Assembly: GCF_009914755.1 (NCBI RefSeq)
Contig: NC_060930.1
Length of the DNA: 64,000 nt
DNA from: the human T2T-CHM13v2.0 reference genome, Homo sapiens
Strand: one strand, 5' to 3'
The notes under the pieces were generated by a model. It was not told the origin of the DNA, made no database searches, and saw only the letters and a list, made by a program, of their open reading frames with translations. The stretch's first letter is position 1. Every line of letters starts with the position of its first letter. Made by a program: the position numbers and the translations under genes. This document shows, one piece after another, positions 12,629 to 29,460 of this stretch.

Positions 12629-13099
12629 TAGAAAGCATTATTCAGGAACAATTTAGCACATCAACCATATAGGAGAGAGCTAATAGAATCAGGTCATATC
12701 AAGTATGTGCTTGTATACATGTGCATATATAAATTATATACTTGAACATATATAACTTCTGTCTTGTCATGGCCATATGCAAAAAGTAAAGTACTAGAAA
12801 AAATCTTTAAAATATCCTGAAAATTTCCTATGTAATTTTTTTTCAAAGTTTGCTACAGTGAAAGCATATATGTTCAGTATCTCTACAAACTCTCTCATTT
12901 GTTCTCCTTTATGAGGCTAATGAGGACACTTTTTCTAGATCCTCAGAATTGCATATTATTTGTCACTTTTTAGCACTGAACATGGAAAGCTCAGATAACA
13001 GGTCTTTTTATAAAACTGTGGTTGAAAGAAGATCATAAAGTCTAAGATTTATGGCAATCTTTTTGGAAGGGAAAGTGGTTTGTTAGAATAAATATAGAC

Positions 13100-13295
13100 C
13101 TTATGGTCATTTCCCAACCAGCTCAATATTGCTATCTATGTGGCACTGTTATTTAAACTCCTCATGTCACAGTTTTCTTAACTTTAAAATGGTTATAGTC
13201 ATGTCTACTCTCAGTGTTGTTGCAGAAGGGCAAATAAGACAATGCTTCTAAATGCTTACCATAGTGCCAGGCACAAAAGAGTTAATAAATGACAG
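13100..13295 (+). mobile_element. MIR
   Basis: Core CAGTTTTCTTAACTTTAAAATGG and 3' end ATAGTGCCAGGCACA..AATAAATG. Confidence 0.65.
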
Positions 13296-13307
13296 TGGCA
13301 TTATCTA

Positions 13308-13450
13308 TTATTTATTGAGCAACTATTTTGTCCCAGACACTGTGCCAAGCACTTTACATATATTATTTCAAAAATTCTATTAATTTATGGACAAGAATAT
13401 TGAGAAAAGTTTAGAAACTTGCCCAAGTCATCAACCAATAGTAAAGCATT
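13308..13450 (-). mobile_element. MIR
   Basis: TTTATTGAGC..CACTGTGCCAAGCACTTTACAT..AACTTGCCCAAG. Confidence 0.7.
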
Positions 13451-13515
13451 TTTATGGACCTAAATATTACAGCTGCACACCACCACACCTCTTCTCCATA
13501 GGCAAAGTAGTCTAA

Positions 13516-13859
<344 letters not shown>

Positions 13860-14031
13860 TTACGTATTTGTTTATTGTTTCTTTTTACTGTTTCCTCCTA
13901 TAGAATACAAGGGTCAGGAGACCAAGAACCTTGTGTGGCATATTTCCTGCGATAACTTCTGCTCCTAAAATGGTACCTGGCACTTACTAGTTGCTCAGTA
14001 AATATTTCCTGGATGCTTAAGTGAATGAATG
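13860..14031 (+). mobile_element. L2 3' end
   Basis: CCTGGCAC..GCTCAGTAAATATT..GAATGAATG. Confidence 0.65.
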
Positions 14032-14714
14032 TCTACGTGTAATACATAATTTAACAATCATTTTTTGTCAAATCTTGATAATATCATAGAATGCTTGAGG
14101 CCTTAGGAATCAACCTAGTCTGTTACCCTTATTTTGCACATGTCACCAGCAGCCCCGACAGATGACATTTGTTGTGTAAAATCACATCCTAATTATTATA
14201 GGATGAGAAATTAGGTCTCATATCTGTCCAGCTAAGGCATTTCTGCATCCACATTTCTTTTTTTCTTACACCCACTCCCTACTATTTTCTTTCTGCAGTC
14301 ATTACAATCTTGCTTTATTTGGCTATAAGAAACTCTCAGTGATTTTTTAGTGTATGTAACTTTAAATGAAGACATTTCTTGATTCAGGGTATTAATTCTA
14401 CTGAATAATGCAAATTTGTGTCTCAAAGAATTAGAGGAAAGCTGTTACTGTTCATACTAACCAATTGTAAATGGGAGATGTTTGGCATTCTACAGCAATC
14501 TTAGTATAAATTCTTCCCTTGAACCTACAAATAAATAAACAACCAACAGCAACATTGGGACATTTTTACTCAAGTAGTTTACCAGATGATATTTTCTGAC
14601 CGTCTCTCTGTTTCCTAGATTAACTGGCCTACTGCATGACTAAATCATCCTCCAGACCAAAAATAATAAAGACAATTTATAGTTCAATTTATTTTGATTC
14701 AAGTCAAAAGTATT

Positions 14715-14885
14715 TTAACCCAGAAATGGTGCTTGACACTTTAAAGCACATTATTTTATTCGCTTCTTTAACAGCACCAGTAGCTTCATTTTGAACTTGA
14801 GAGAATGAGGTTCCCAAATAGTGAGAACCTCACTACTTACAGTCACATATTAAGTAATAAAGTCAGGATTTGAAGCTAGTTTGCT
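14715..14885 (-). mobile_element. MIR
   Basis: Degenerate core GAGAATGAGGTTCC..AGTCACA..GTCAGGATTTGAA. Confidence 0.5.
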
Positions 14886-15459
14886 GAGGTTGTCTATTAA
14901 ACATGTTGTGGTCTTACTCTCCTTCCTGCAATCTCCCAAGGTTATGGTTATGATGGGTGGGAATCAGAGAGGTATCATGTGCATTCTGGTAGTAACATAA
15001 ATAGTCATGCTGACTCAGCTATCAGTTCACCTGCCATGATGATTATCAGAATGGATCTACAATCTGCTAATATTTTAAAAAAGAATCCTTTGCTAGGGAT
15101 AATAATACTTCCAAAGATTTCCTAGTGTGACAACCTCAATTCACTACAAAATAATATAATTTTATCTTTATTTCCTCTGATTAAATTTAATTGTTTTGTC
15201 TGTATAACAGTAGTTTCATCTGTTCAGTGATTTTCTATTCAATCTTTTAGGGTGGGACTTAAATTATCTTGACCATTAATGACATTCTGGTCTACATCCA
15301 GATAAAAGGAATGGTGAAATGGAGTTCAGTTAGTCCACTGACATTTTTATTCTAGATAGAGGCATCATCATGAACAACAGATTCTTTTACTTTTTTCACA
15401 GAGTGTGGGGAAGTTTTTGCTGTATTTTATTTAAAAATTGTGAACTGGGGATTTTTCAT

Positions 15460-16055
<596 letters not shown>

Positions 16056-16300
16056 TTGGTTCAAGTCTACTTAGCAAAGTGCTGAACCTTTTCTGTTCTT
16101 TGCTCACTTTATTTGAGATGTTGTGAGTGGATATAGTTCAAAATTTAACAATACAAAAAATCAGAACTAAAAATAAATGAAGAAACAAGTAGTAGTGTTA
16201 TTTCTTTTTTATACTCTGCCCACTCTCATCCCTAAAATCAGCTAACCTCTTCTTTTTCCTTGGAAATACCTGAATTCCTTGATGTTATTGATGAATGGTA

Positions 16301-16540
16301 CAGATTGCATATCCCTAATTTGAAAATGTAAAATCCAAAGTGTTCCGAATTTGAAACATTTTGAGTGCCAACATGACGTTCAAAAGACATGCTCATTGAA
16401 ACATTTTGGATTTTGAATTTTCAGATTAGGGATGCTCAAGTGGTAAGTATATATATTGCAAATATTCAAAAATCTGAAAAATAAATTGACATCCAAAACA
16501 CTTCTAGGCCAAGCATTTTGGATAAGCAATACTCAACCTA
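16301..16540 (+). mobile_element. Tigger4a (MER46A/Zombi) MITE
   Basis: TA target, degenerate CAGGTTGAG terminal inverted repeats, internal GATTAGGGATGCTCAA, ~240 bp. Confidence 0.85.
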
Positions 16541-17159
16541 CATCCTACATGCATTACCTACCAGAGGAAAAATTAGAGATATGGCCCAAGTCTAGCTTAG
16601 GCATTTGTAGTATCATTTGGATAAATTCAAAGTTGACCAATCCATAAAAGTCTATGAAAAGGACATTAGGGCTGTTCCAAGTATATTATAAATGATACCA
16701 GTCATTTTTTCTTCAGAATGTCACTATTTCTGTTAAAAGACAGAATCCTGAGTTAGACAGATTATAGTTCTGTATCAAAATGGCATTTCCTTTCTGAAAG
16801 GAACTAACTATAGACAAACGTTTATGTTCCTGTGTCTCCTGAACTAGCAGCATCATTGAATGGGCTAAGTGAGAATGAGAGTTTAGGTGTAAAATGTTGG
16901 TGACTCAAAAGTGTAACCAAACTTCCTATTTCTTTTAAAATACACTATTAGCCTCCCCTATCTGAAGGCTTTCTGGAAGACTAGGGCATATAATTACACT
17001 GTAATGTTAGTGCAATAGTTATTCTTGTCCTCAATGACTATATGTGTGGAGTTGAGGGTAAAATAATTGGGCAGTGGTTAGCTGGAAAAATGAAATGGGA
17101 TGACCCTATGCTAAGATGCTAAGAATGTTATAACAAAATTTTACTTTTACAATGAAAGA

Positions 17160-17192
<33 letters not shown>
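17160..17192. repeat. (TA)n microsatellite
   Basis: Direct inspection. Confidence 0.9.
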
Positions 17193-17194
<2 letters not shown>

Positions 17195-17384
17195 GCTATT
17201 GCTTTCTAAACCATTAATAACATAAATTTTTTTAAATAATATTTGTAGATGATCAAGTGATTTAATTAATTTGATTGATTGATTAGGGTAGATTCTTGGC
17301 ATCTGCAAAGGTCAAATATGAATGATAAACTTACATATATTGCACATGTAGTGTTGCCTGTTACTTTATTTCTTTTTGCTTGAC

Positions 17385-17520
17385 CCCAACAACCCTTTTG
17401 AGAGGTGTATTAATGAGAAGACTAAGACTCAAAGGGGTCAAGTGGCTTGCAAAGTCCATTTAGCTGGTTAATACAAAGCATGTAATAGACCCAGCTCCCC
17501 GATTCTCCAGTTCAGCATTC
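17385..17520 (-). mobile_element. MIR fragment
   Basis: AACAACCCTTTTGAG..ATGAGAAGACTAAGACTCA..AAGTGGCTTGC. Confidence 0.55.
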
Positions 17521-19135
17521 CTCCCTGACTTCCCAGTCTAAGTGGAGAAAATTTGAAAATATTCAAGAAAATCCTCATTTGGAATATTATATTTGAACTT
17601 GCTAAAACTATCAGTTAAGATGACTACTTTAATTCTCAGGGACAACTTATTTTATTGAGTACTTTTTTTTTCTGTATTCTTTTTTCTGTATGTGGAACAT
17701 TGGAATGAGATCACAAATAAAACTAAGTTCCAGTTGAGGCTACTTTCAGAACAAGAGAAATGAGGATGTAGATGCAGATGCAAAGCAATTAAGTATTTTC
17801 ACCACACGTAATTGGACTATTGGGATTTAAAAATATAACTGATCTACTTTGATATATGTAATTGTTGGTTTTTACCTTAAATTTAGAAGCATTAAACTAG
17901 TTCCATATCACATTTTAAACTGTTCTGTCGCTATAGGTCTCTACACCTAGAATTTAAAGACTGATTCATAAAAAATCCTTTCATTTTAGACTTCTAAATG
18001 ATCAGAATGGCTATCTGCATGCACTCTGGGTAACAATTTTGAAGGATAACTATGCTTTGATCTAGATTATCAGTCTCATTGTCCTAGTTATCTATCATCT
18101 TATTTTGATTATCTTCTTTCTAAAGTACTATCTATTATTAAAATAATGACATGATTATTTTGTTGCAGCAGTGCTTTATAACATTTATAACATTCTAATA
18201 TCTTGTAAACCAGATTTATTTTGACATGTTAGGCAGTGAGGGTATGTGATTAGAATTAAATGTTAAAATACAAATTAAGAAGAATGTTAATTTATTTTAT
18301 TCTGAAAGCTTATTAACTGAAAAAGACTGATTTTTTTTATCTATTTTGAGTATCTAATGTCAGCAATAGCATGTTCATAGCATACCTCATTAACTAAAGT
18401 AATTTAACAAAGAATTGTGTCCAAATGAATGCTAATAGCTTATAGAAGCACAAATAAAATTGAATTTATGTGAAGTATTTGCCTATGTCGAGGCACTAGG
18501 TAATTAATTTCTACACATTCCCTAGAAATAATTAGAGAATTTCATCAAGTTTTACTTAACCTTTGGATTTTCAAGAATACTACATAACATAAAAATTTTT
18601 TTAAAGCAATAAATCCTTTTTTCCCTAAATTGCTATTTTTCCAAGAAAATTTGCACTATTTTAGAATAATTTGCCATTTATTTCTTTAGCCTATCTTTGC
18701 ATTGTTTTCCACATTGATACAAATTTTTAAAATATTGAAGGAATTTGAACCTAAATAGAAAGTCAAAATAATAAGCAATGTTTTTGTTGTTGTTGTTGTT
18801 GTTGTTTTCTAGCAATGATAACACTTTTGAAGGCAAATCAGTCTGAATGCCTGAATCAATTAATCAACAAATAGAGACTCTACCTTTTGTGGGGCACTAT
18901 TTTGAGTCCAATTCTGTACCAAGCACTGTGTCTTTGGGAAATGACTGTCTTTTCATGATGATCTAGTTACCTAGAAGTTCCAGAATTCAGTCTACCACTA
19001 TACATGGAACATTCTTTAGGCCGCATGCATGACATGACCAATTTTAGATTGATTATAAAGGATGGTTTTTAAAGACATTTTTAACATATTTTAACTTTCA
19101 CATTACATTTTCCTGTTAGACAATTACTAGCCTTT

Positions 19136-19488
19136 ACTTATTTATGTATTTGTCTATTTATTTTAACTTTTATTTTAAGTTCAGGGGTACAAGTGTAGGT
19201 TTGTTATCTAAGTATAATTGTGTCATGGGGGTTCGTTGTACAGATTATTTCATTTATCTCCCAGGTATTACACCTTGTACCCATTAGTTATTTTTCTTGT
19301 TCCTCTCCCTCTTCACACCCATCACACTCTGATAGGCCCCGTTGTGCATTGTTCCTTTCCGTCTGTACATGTGTTCTCATCATTTAGCTCCCACTTCTAA
19401 GTGAGAACATGCAGTATCTGGTTTTCTGTTACTGTGATAGTTTGCTAAGAATAATGGCCTCCAGCTCCATCCATGTGCCTGCAAAGGA
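19136..19488 (-). mobile_element. Old L1PA (about PA11-16) 3' end
   Basis: TTTAACTTTTATTTTAAGTTCAGGGGTAC; partial TSD TAGCCTTT. Confidence 0.85.
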
Positions 19489-19815
19489 AGCTAATTAGCC
19501 TTTCAGTTGGAGCTCTTTTACAGGGCATCTGCTGATATCTATAGATCCGATCTTAATTGTTTTCCCATGTATAGCTCTTTCTCAAATGCGTTATTTATTT
19601 ATATTTATCATTTCTTGGGTTATTTTCTTATTAGAATGTAAGTGCTATGAGGGCAGAGTTTTCTGTCTATTTTGAGTTATGGTATATTCCTCAGCAGCAC
19701 ATTGAACAAAACATTTTCCCTGTCTTTGTGGAACTAGGCCATTTTAAAAAATAATATTGAAGAGTAAGTGAGCTAAGTTTGGTGAAATTGAATATAAAAA
19801 AAGTTTAATTAAAAA

Positions 19816-20604
<789 letters not shown>

Positions 20605-21134
20605 GAAAATGTCTAAATTTTAATCAAAGTCTGTTATTATGCATTAAGACCTTCAGTCTGTAATCTTTCATTTCGATTACTTGTGTAAGGGTTGTTGTGA
20701 GGATAAAAATATAGTTATGGATCACTTAGAAAAATGCTTACCACATAATAATTTTTCCATTGCTGTTGGCTATTTCCCCTCAAAACTCCACGTGTAGTTT
20801 TTATTTGCCTAAATCAGTTTTAATTAAAAATTCTATTTTAAAAATATGCAATATAAAATGAATCAAAAAATAAAACTATAAGCATTCAGAAGTTTAAATC
20901 CACTTTCTTAATTCCTTTTCACTGACTTTGGTAATCATTAAAAAAAAAATTCTTAATCTACCAGTGACCTTTAAGCAAATAGACTTAAGGAGCCTATTTC
21001 ATTAGTAGTATTATTGATTCTTTTAATTGAGATTTTACATATTTATATATTATGTACTTAAAACAGTATCTATTCTTTCCAAAGTTCCTTTGCTGAGCCA
21101 GAGAGTATACAGTTAGTAATTACAGTGTTTTATT

Positions 21135-21292
21135 GAAGAGTCAGCATGGCTTCTGGATCCAGACTAACTTGAATTAAAGTTCTATCTCTGCAGCTTACAA
21201 GATGTATTGTTCTGTGAAGTTACTCAATGTTGCTAAGTTAAATTTCACCATTGCAAAAGGGAAACAATAACATTTACAGAGAGTAAGTGAAA
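21135..21292 (+). mobile_element. MIR 5' part (3' part resumes at ~26511-26570)
   Basis: GAAGAGTCAGCATGGCTTCTGGA..GTTACTCAAT..; 3' flank TCAGATAAGCCTATGAAAG resembles the MIR continuation. Confidence 0.55.
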
Positions 21293-22331
21293 TGTGGTAG
21301 CCATGGAGTTGTGACCCTTAGATCTTCCTTCAGGAGAAACTGCTGCAAAGAGAGCAGTTGGGAAGAGCCTCCATCTGCTGCTTCTTCCCACTCAGCATTC
21401 ACCTAGAGGCTACTATTACTCTAGGCTACTCCCAGCTGATAGCTGAAATCAGAAGGGACTTATAGCTGGGCTACTCCTGCCCAATGCAGGAGTTTGCTGA
21501 TTGGCAATCTTTGCTTTGGGATCTCCACAGTGAAAGCTAAAATTATTATTTAAAGCTCCTGCTACCCATTCTTCCTTCCTTGCCTCACTCCATTTATATA
21601 TGTTAGATCTGCATTGCAATCTGAAGTCTCCTTCTCTATTCCTACCCCTCTCTTTTATCCCTAATATGTATCTCCAATAATTCTCTTGCACTTCTGCCTC
21701 TCCCTTGGAATCTGCTTCTCATAGGACTCAAAGTGACCCCATTAATATAGAAGCAGTTCGAGAAAGGATGCAATATGATGGGGCTGGGGACTACATTGCT
21801 TACTGCCCAGCTGGCATGAAGGACACCGGCCTGAGTAGAATGTAGGGTACAGAAAATCCGTGGCAGAAGATGGAGGCCTAATTGCTGAAAAGGCATCCAC
21901 TGATAACCTAGAAAACCATCCCGGTGGAGGGGAATCCCCTTGCCAGTACAATAATCCAGTCATTTGAAATATATAAGGAAGAACAATGCCTACACAGATG
22001 GTGGAGTCATACATTTATTACTAACTTGTATTGACTCCTGTAAAGGGAAAATTAGAAATGAAAACTAATTGTGGGTAGCAAGTAGTTAATAGATAGACAT
22101 GAAACCAGAGGACTTTTTGGTAGCTTAGAAAGAGCCCCTTATCTCATTCAGTGAAAGAGCTGACACAGCTGAGTAGCAGGCTAAAGGTCCCACAGTTAAT
22201 AGCTCTCAATTAAGAGCTCCGGAGACATTTAAATACACAGCCAAATGAGGTCTGTTCCAATAAGGGAAAATCTGGCCCACTGAAACATTGGATGGGACAT
22301 CTGGGTGGATGGTCTGAAATATTTTTATACT

Positions 22332-22872
22332 TGTGGTGAACACACTCTAAAGTAACCCCCAATGATCCACGTTCTTGTATAATTCCTTCTCTTTTAGTGT
22401 GGGTAGGACCTCTGACTTGCTTCTAATCATAACAGAACATGGCAAAAGTGGTAAGATGTTACTCCTGTGGGTATGTTTCATTTATATAAGACTCACATTT
22501 TAACAGATTGGAAAGAGAGCTTCTCTTGCTAGCCTTGAAGAAGCAAATAGCCATCAATGAACTGACCACAGAGGGGATCCCATGAGAAGGTATTTAGGTA
22601 TTCTTTAGCACCTGAAAAAAGCTTCACCATAGAGATAGTAAGAAGCTTCGACCTCAGTTATACAGCCAGAAGTATATAATTCATCACAGCCTGAATGAGC
22701 TTGGAAGTAGATGTTTTTCCCCAGCAACGTTTTAATTGTAGCCTTGTGAGAACCTGGGCAGAGGATCTAGCTAAACTCTACACTTTTGACCTACAGGAAC
22801 TTTAAGATAATAAATGTGCATTAAGTTGCTAAGCTTATTGTAATTTATTACACAGAAATAAAAACTAATGTA
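22332..22872 (+). mobile_element. MLT1F/G-like MaLR LTR inserted in the ERVL internal region
   Basis: TGTGGTG..CCCCCAATGATCC..GTGTGGGTAGGACC..GACTTGCTTCTAA; end AATAAATGTG..AAAACTAAT. Confidence 0.8.
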
Positions 22873-24084
22873 GCATGGTAAATTCCTTTAAACCTTAACT
22901 GCTTGCAAAGGTGTTCACATCTCTCTATTAAGGGATTTCCCTATGTGTGAGGACACTATGAAGTTCTCTCCTCTGTAAGGCAACAGACACCCCTTCAGGA
23001 GTTGCCTCATCTCCCCTTTTTGGCTATTGGGTCAATAACCAGCATTAAATCTCAGCATAACCTGGCTAGAAACATGCTGAACCTGACAGTGGAGGAAAGA
23101 GATTATATCCAAAGGAACTGCAAAAATTCATTAACATGTACCAGATAGATTCAAGAGAGTGCCGATAAGATGGATTTTATGATTGCTTGATCAAGTAAGC
23201 CAGAATGTAAGTCTGAATATGCAAAGATGTCTTCATTGACTGGGGTGTCTTTTATTGGAACAAAAGATTTAACACTACAGCAAAGACCATAGGGGATAAT
23301 GCAAACTCAGCGTTAGAGGGGCAGTTAGAAGCCTGGGGAAAGTGATGGCCCATTCTAAACAAAGTGGAAATGCCTGAGTTTCCCCGGCAGGAAGTGAACA
23401 TGCTTGAATGGCTGTAAGACCCGAAAACCAAACAGAGGATTGTATTGCATGGAAGAGCCCAGAATACACACCATTCATTGAGGTCAAGAATGAGAATATG
23501 ATAGGGGCATCTGCATCACCAAGAACGTCAGTGGTAGCTCTCCTCTGCAAGCCAGGGCTGATGGTCAGATAAGTGTTCACAGAACTGGCTTTGTTAATGG
23601 CAAAGGGAATAATGGGACCTAAAGAAAGAGAGCCAATTTGGAGGTGTTTGATTGCCTGAAGCTGGGAGATCACAGTTACTATAATGATTGGCAGGATAGG
23701 AAGGGCAGCCATGAGGACTTGACTTGCAAGAAATTATGGGGATGCTTATGGCATCTCTAGGATAAAATTAGATGGACAGTCAATGAGGGGGCTGTTTTAC
23801 ATTTACAAACAGAAGAAGGCAAACATGAAAGAACATGAGTCTAAAGGCAGTTGCCCTTATTAAAAGTCATGATCCCTTGCTCAGTTCCTGAATCCGAACA
23901 TATTTTCTGGTATAATGCCTATTGAATAAGAGATATGGGTTCCAGGAGGAAGGATGCTGTAACAATGCAGCAAGAACAGACTGTAAAGGTTCCTCCAGTT
24001 CTGTGGCAAATCCTACAGTGTTGGAAATGTCAGTGGTGGGTAAGTATGCAGTATGGTATTTATAAGCCTTAGTGGGAACATTAT

Positions 24085-25480
24085 AACACAGGTCTCTGGA
24101 GTTCTGGAGCCATCTGTGGCAGAATAATATATGCCTTCTGAGAAACAGCTCCTGCTGTGTTGCTGAGCCCTGATAGAGACATACTGTTGTCCATGGAGTA
24201 ATAGGCAGCCTTCCACTCAGTATTACTTATTAGAAACTGGATTCTGTTGGACCCAGAAATCATAAAGTTGAATGGGTCCATTAGCATTCCATTTATTTTA
24301 AGATGGAAATAATACATCATTGATTAAGCCTGAGCAGAATAAGAGGGCAGGAGTATGAAACATAAGCAGGTAGCCCTTTTAGGGTTCATGTTACCCACCA
24401 CAATTGCTTCAGTGCCTGTGCTCCAGCTTGCACACATGGCCTGATAGAGTTTGTCCCCTATGACCGACTGAAGAAGGGAAAATAGCCTGTCTAGCTTATG
24501 AATAGGTCAGTTTGATATGTGGGAGTGAACTGAAAATTGGTAGTGGTTGCATTACAGTCACATTCAGGGATGGCTTTAAAACACAGTGGAGAGAGAAACT
24601 TTTCCTAATGGGTAGAGCTGCAAGTTAGTCACCTGGTTATCTACTTTGTAGGAGAGGAAGAGTGTCATGAGGTGAAAACATATACAAATTCTTGGCTAGA
24701 AGCCAATGGCCTAACACTGGAAAAGAAAAAGTTTAGAACATTAAAGACAAGGAGGTCTGGGGTAGAAGTAGCAGAAAGACATATGGGAGAGGATACAAAG
24801 TTTGAAGAATTTTGTATCATATGTCAATGCCAAGAAATTTCCTACTACAGCAGAAGTCCTGAATAACCAAGCAGACAAAACGATTTGTCCAGTGACTTCA
24901 GAAAGCCTTTTTCATTGACCCTCCAGAGATGGCATGATGGGCAGATGAACAGCCTAGCCACAGTGGCCTAGATGTGGCTATACACTGGCTCTGTGGCCAC
25001 TTAACCAAGGCTTATCCAGCTATTGGCACCTCTGAATGGTCAACCTTCCAACAACAAACACCAAGTGGACACTTGTTGACAATTCAAGTACATTGGTGTT
25101 GTTCCTTTCTAGAAGAACCAGGAGATCACCCTCACAGGGATAGAAATACTTTTATTACGAGTAGGGGTAATACTTATGGCTTTGAGTTTTCTTTCCACAG
25201 ACTTAAGTCCGCACCATTTGCCTACTAAAATGTTGATCCACAGACATGGAATCTGTAACATAACATCCAACAAGAGGAACTACTTCATTACAAGTATGGT
25301 ACAAAATTGGGCTACTGATTGAATCACATACCACAACACCCAGAGGCAGCTGGTGTCCCATAATGCTGGAAGGCACTTCTATGGCACCGCTGGAGTGACA
25401 CCTTGATGGCAATGCTGGACAAGGGTGGGTTGGTATACTTTGGGACACGATATATACGCTAAGTCAGAGGTCTAAATAGG
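24085..25480 (+). pseudogene. pol: ERVL pol remnant (tether/RNase H/integrase)
   Basis: GAGAAACAGCTCCTG (EKQLL), TGGGTAGAGCTG (W.EL), ORF KTYTNSWLEANGL ~ IYTDSWAVANGL, YGFEFS ~ YGFAFP, degenerate HGIP..SDQG; RT core not seen. Confidence 0.7.
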
Positions 25481-27638
25481 AAGGCTATATGGACCCAAGA
25501 ACCAAGGGCTGGAGAAAAAATGGCACCCTAACCATCTGCCATTAGTTCTAATGACCCACTTGGAGGTCCTAGTCTGCAAAAGGGGCAAACTCTTGCCAAG
25601 GAAAACAGCAGAGATTCTGTTAAACTACAAGATAGAGCTGCTCCTGGGAGTGTTAAACTTTGTATCCAGAAGACAGCAGGAGAGAAGTCATCATCCTGGC
25701 AGGAGAAATTGAACCTGATCTCCCAAATGAGGTGTTTGCTTTTACCGTAAGGGGAGAGAGGTATGCGTGTGGAATCCAGGTGATCTACTTTGATGCCTTG
25801 TGGGATTCTCTTGTTCAATTTTAATGGTTAATTGACATGTGCAGCACTCCTAGTTTGAGAAAAGTATGATTACCTCAGGCTGACCTATCAGGAATGAGTA
25901 TCCAGGTCATGTCACCAGGTAAACGAGCAGGACCTCTGGGACTAACTACAGAGATGGGGTTGTAATTTGTCTTCCTAACTTTCCTCTTTTAGAATTTCTC
26001 TCAGGGAGAGTGGCCCACAGGAATGAGGGAATACTTCCTGAAAATGTGTGCAGAGACTCTGAGGCATTCGAGATGGACTGTGGTGGCCATGGAAGTGTAC
26101 CACGCAGATATCTCCTTCAAGAGAATCTGATGCAAGAATAGTTGGCAAATAGCTTCTAGTTGCTACATTTTTGGATGCATCACAGTGTTCATGTAAAGTT
26201 CATGCTCTTCCTGGGCTGTCCCTAGCCCAGGAATAGCCTGAGGACAGCAGAGCGACTAGGGCCAGGCAATTCCTGCCTGACACAGCACTAAGCTGAGAGC
26301 CCATCTTTGCTTTCGGATTGTACTGTTCACCCTACCCAAGCTCTCCTCTTTTCTTCTCTGTTTTCACAGATGTCAGACTTGCATCAGAAACTGGAGGCTT
26401 TTCCTGCTCCTGCTCCTCTTTTTTATTCTCTGCAGTTATTTCTCCCAGTAATCACTTACACATCTAATTCCGTCTTGGAATCTGCTTTTCACAGGATTCA
26501 AACGGGCACATCAGATAAGCCTATGAAAGTTCTCATTGTGATTAAAACTAAGCACTCTAATATGTGATAGAAATGGTTTATTTCTTAAACAACTTTCTAA
26601 TAACTCCTAACCATGGAATTGTGAATAATTTGCATGCATATACATTTTGATTATGTGAGCAAATGGATATAATATTGCATTTATTAATTTGAAATAACAG
26701 ACATGTTCATCTATATTTGCCACATGTCCATAATCTATTAATGAAGTATAGAGAAGCAAAATTCCAATATAGTGTATTATAATTTGTCATACAGTATATT
26801 CCTCTTCTACTTATAGACATACTTTAAAGGAAGTCATATTCCTTCTGGAATCCAGCTCTGATCATTCAAAGGTTGAACAATAAATAGCCTAAATAGCAAT
26901 ATATATTTTATATAGTTTTTAATTGTGCGACTGTTGCAGAAAAAGATAAAAAACCATATTTTTAATTTGCATAAAATCCTCTTCAGAGGTAGATACATGT
27001 GAGTATTGTTGCAGGTACAGAGGGTAGGCTGGTTGGTCTTCTGTTGTTTCTTAGCTGAAAACTGCAGTATTCTGTGACATTGAATTAAAATGAGAACATG
27101 CCAAATAGGGTAATTACAGCTAAGTTTCCACTGGTATGCAATGCAGAAAATACAGTGAGCATTAATATTTTTGACCTCATTACTTTTGCATTTGTCTAAC
27201 AAGAAAGAAGTATTTAAGTCACTGCTATGTTAACTTTGGACTTATGTATTTTTTGAAATCACTCTTTTTTTAGAGATTTATCTGCTCATAAAAGATATAT
27301 ATTCTAGACATTTGGTTAAGAAAGGAGATGCAAAAAGAGTTATTTCTATTCAAGATGAAGTTAGTGTCAGGCTAAAAGTTGATTTATTTAGAAAAATATG
27401 CTGTCTATGTTCGGGTGGCTTTTCCTATGCATACTGTCTTGTCAAGGACTCTGCCCTCAACTGCAGCACTTGCTGAGTAGCTATGAAAAATGAATTATAT
27501 ATCATGTGACCTTTTACTTTGTGGCTGAAGCCACATCTCTAGTCTTCATTTCTCTCTCTCTTCAGTTTTTTTTTTGGAGTTTCATCTGCCTGCTGGAGTT
27601 TCCACCTGAAAGAGCTAAGAGTTACCTCAAATTCATTC

Positions 27639-28743
<1,105 letters not shown>

Positions 28744-28759
28744 TATTCTTTAGATCCTG

Positions 28760-28901
28760 AAGCATAATCCTTTCCCAGAGCCAACAAGCTTACCTGCTGA
28801 ACTTTGTTTCTCTTCCCACATTGTCAGCCATGCAGTCTAATTTCTTCCCATAAACCTCTTATGTGCTTTGGCTTCAGTTCATGTCCACTGGTACATGTGT
28901 A

Positions 28902-28935
<34 letters not shown>

Positions 28936-29460
28936 CAACCTGGGCTGTTTCAATACTACTTAAACTGGCTTATCTTCACGGTAATCTATTCTGTATTTCC
29001 CAGTGAAGTTCATCTTCCTCACACTCTCTTCAAACTCAAATATCTTTTTCAGAGATGTCTAGCTAGTACCCACTGCAACATCTCTCAAGTAGCAGGCACA
29101 CATGTATATGTTGAATAAATGTCTCCCTGTTGTCCAAACTCCGCAGCTGCAGGGGAACCTGCAATTGTCTCCTACGTACCTCTTCAACCTTATCTTCTCT
29201 TCCTTCTGTAAATGAATCCTGTGTTCCAAACCAATTACTTTACTCATTACTTTGCTTACTCTCAAACACTATGGATCCATCCCCTCTCCACTGACCAAAC
29301 AGTGCCTGTCAAAAAGGCTCTGTCTCCCTTTGTACTAAGTTCCATCTCTGCTGTGTGTCTTTTTACAGTTCTCCATTCCTTAGGGATAGCTCTCACTTCT
29401 GAATTTTTGTAGCACTTATTGTATGCATACTTCCATACTGTATGTGTTGTGTTGTATGTG
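28760..29460 (+). mobile_element. Degraded L2
   Basis: Pyrimidine-rich; TCAAACTCAAATATC and TTGTAGCACTTATT L2-like segments. Confidence 0.4.

Larger units (their letters stand above)
21293..26510 (+). mobile_element. Ancient ERVL provirus with two LTRs (LTR16C-like, ERV3-16A3-int-like)
   Basis: Homologous LTRs 21293-~21741 and 26079-26510 (TGTGGTRGCCATGGA..; ..CTTGGAATCTGCTT..); degraded ERVL pol motifs between them. Confidence 0.85.

Noticed and set aside
23275-23712. 145-aa minus-strand ORF with a signal-peptide-like start
   Set aside because: Antisense to decayed ERVL internal sequence; no recognisable domain
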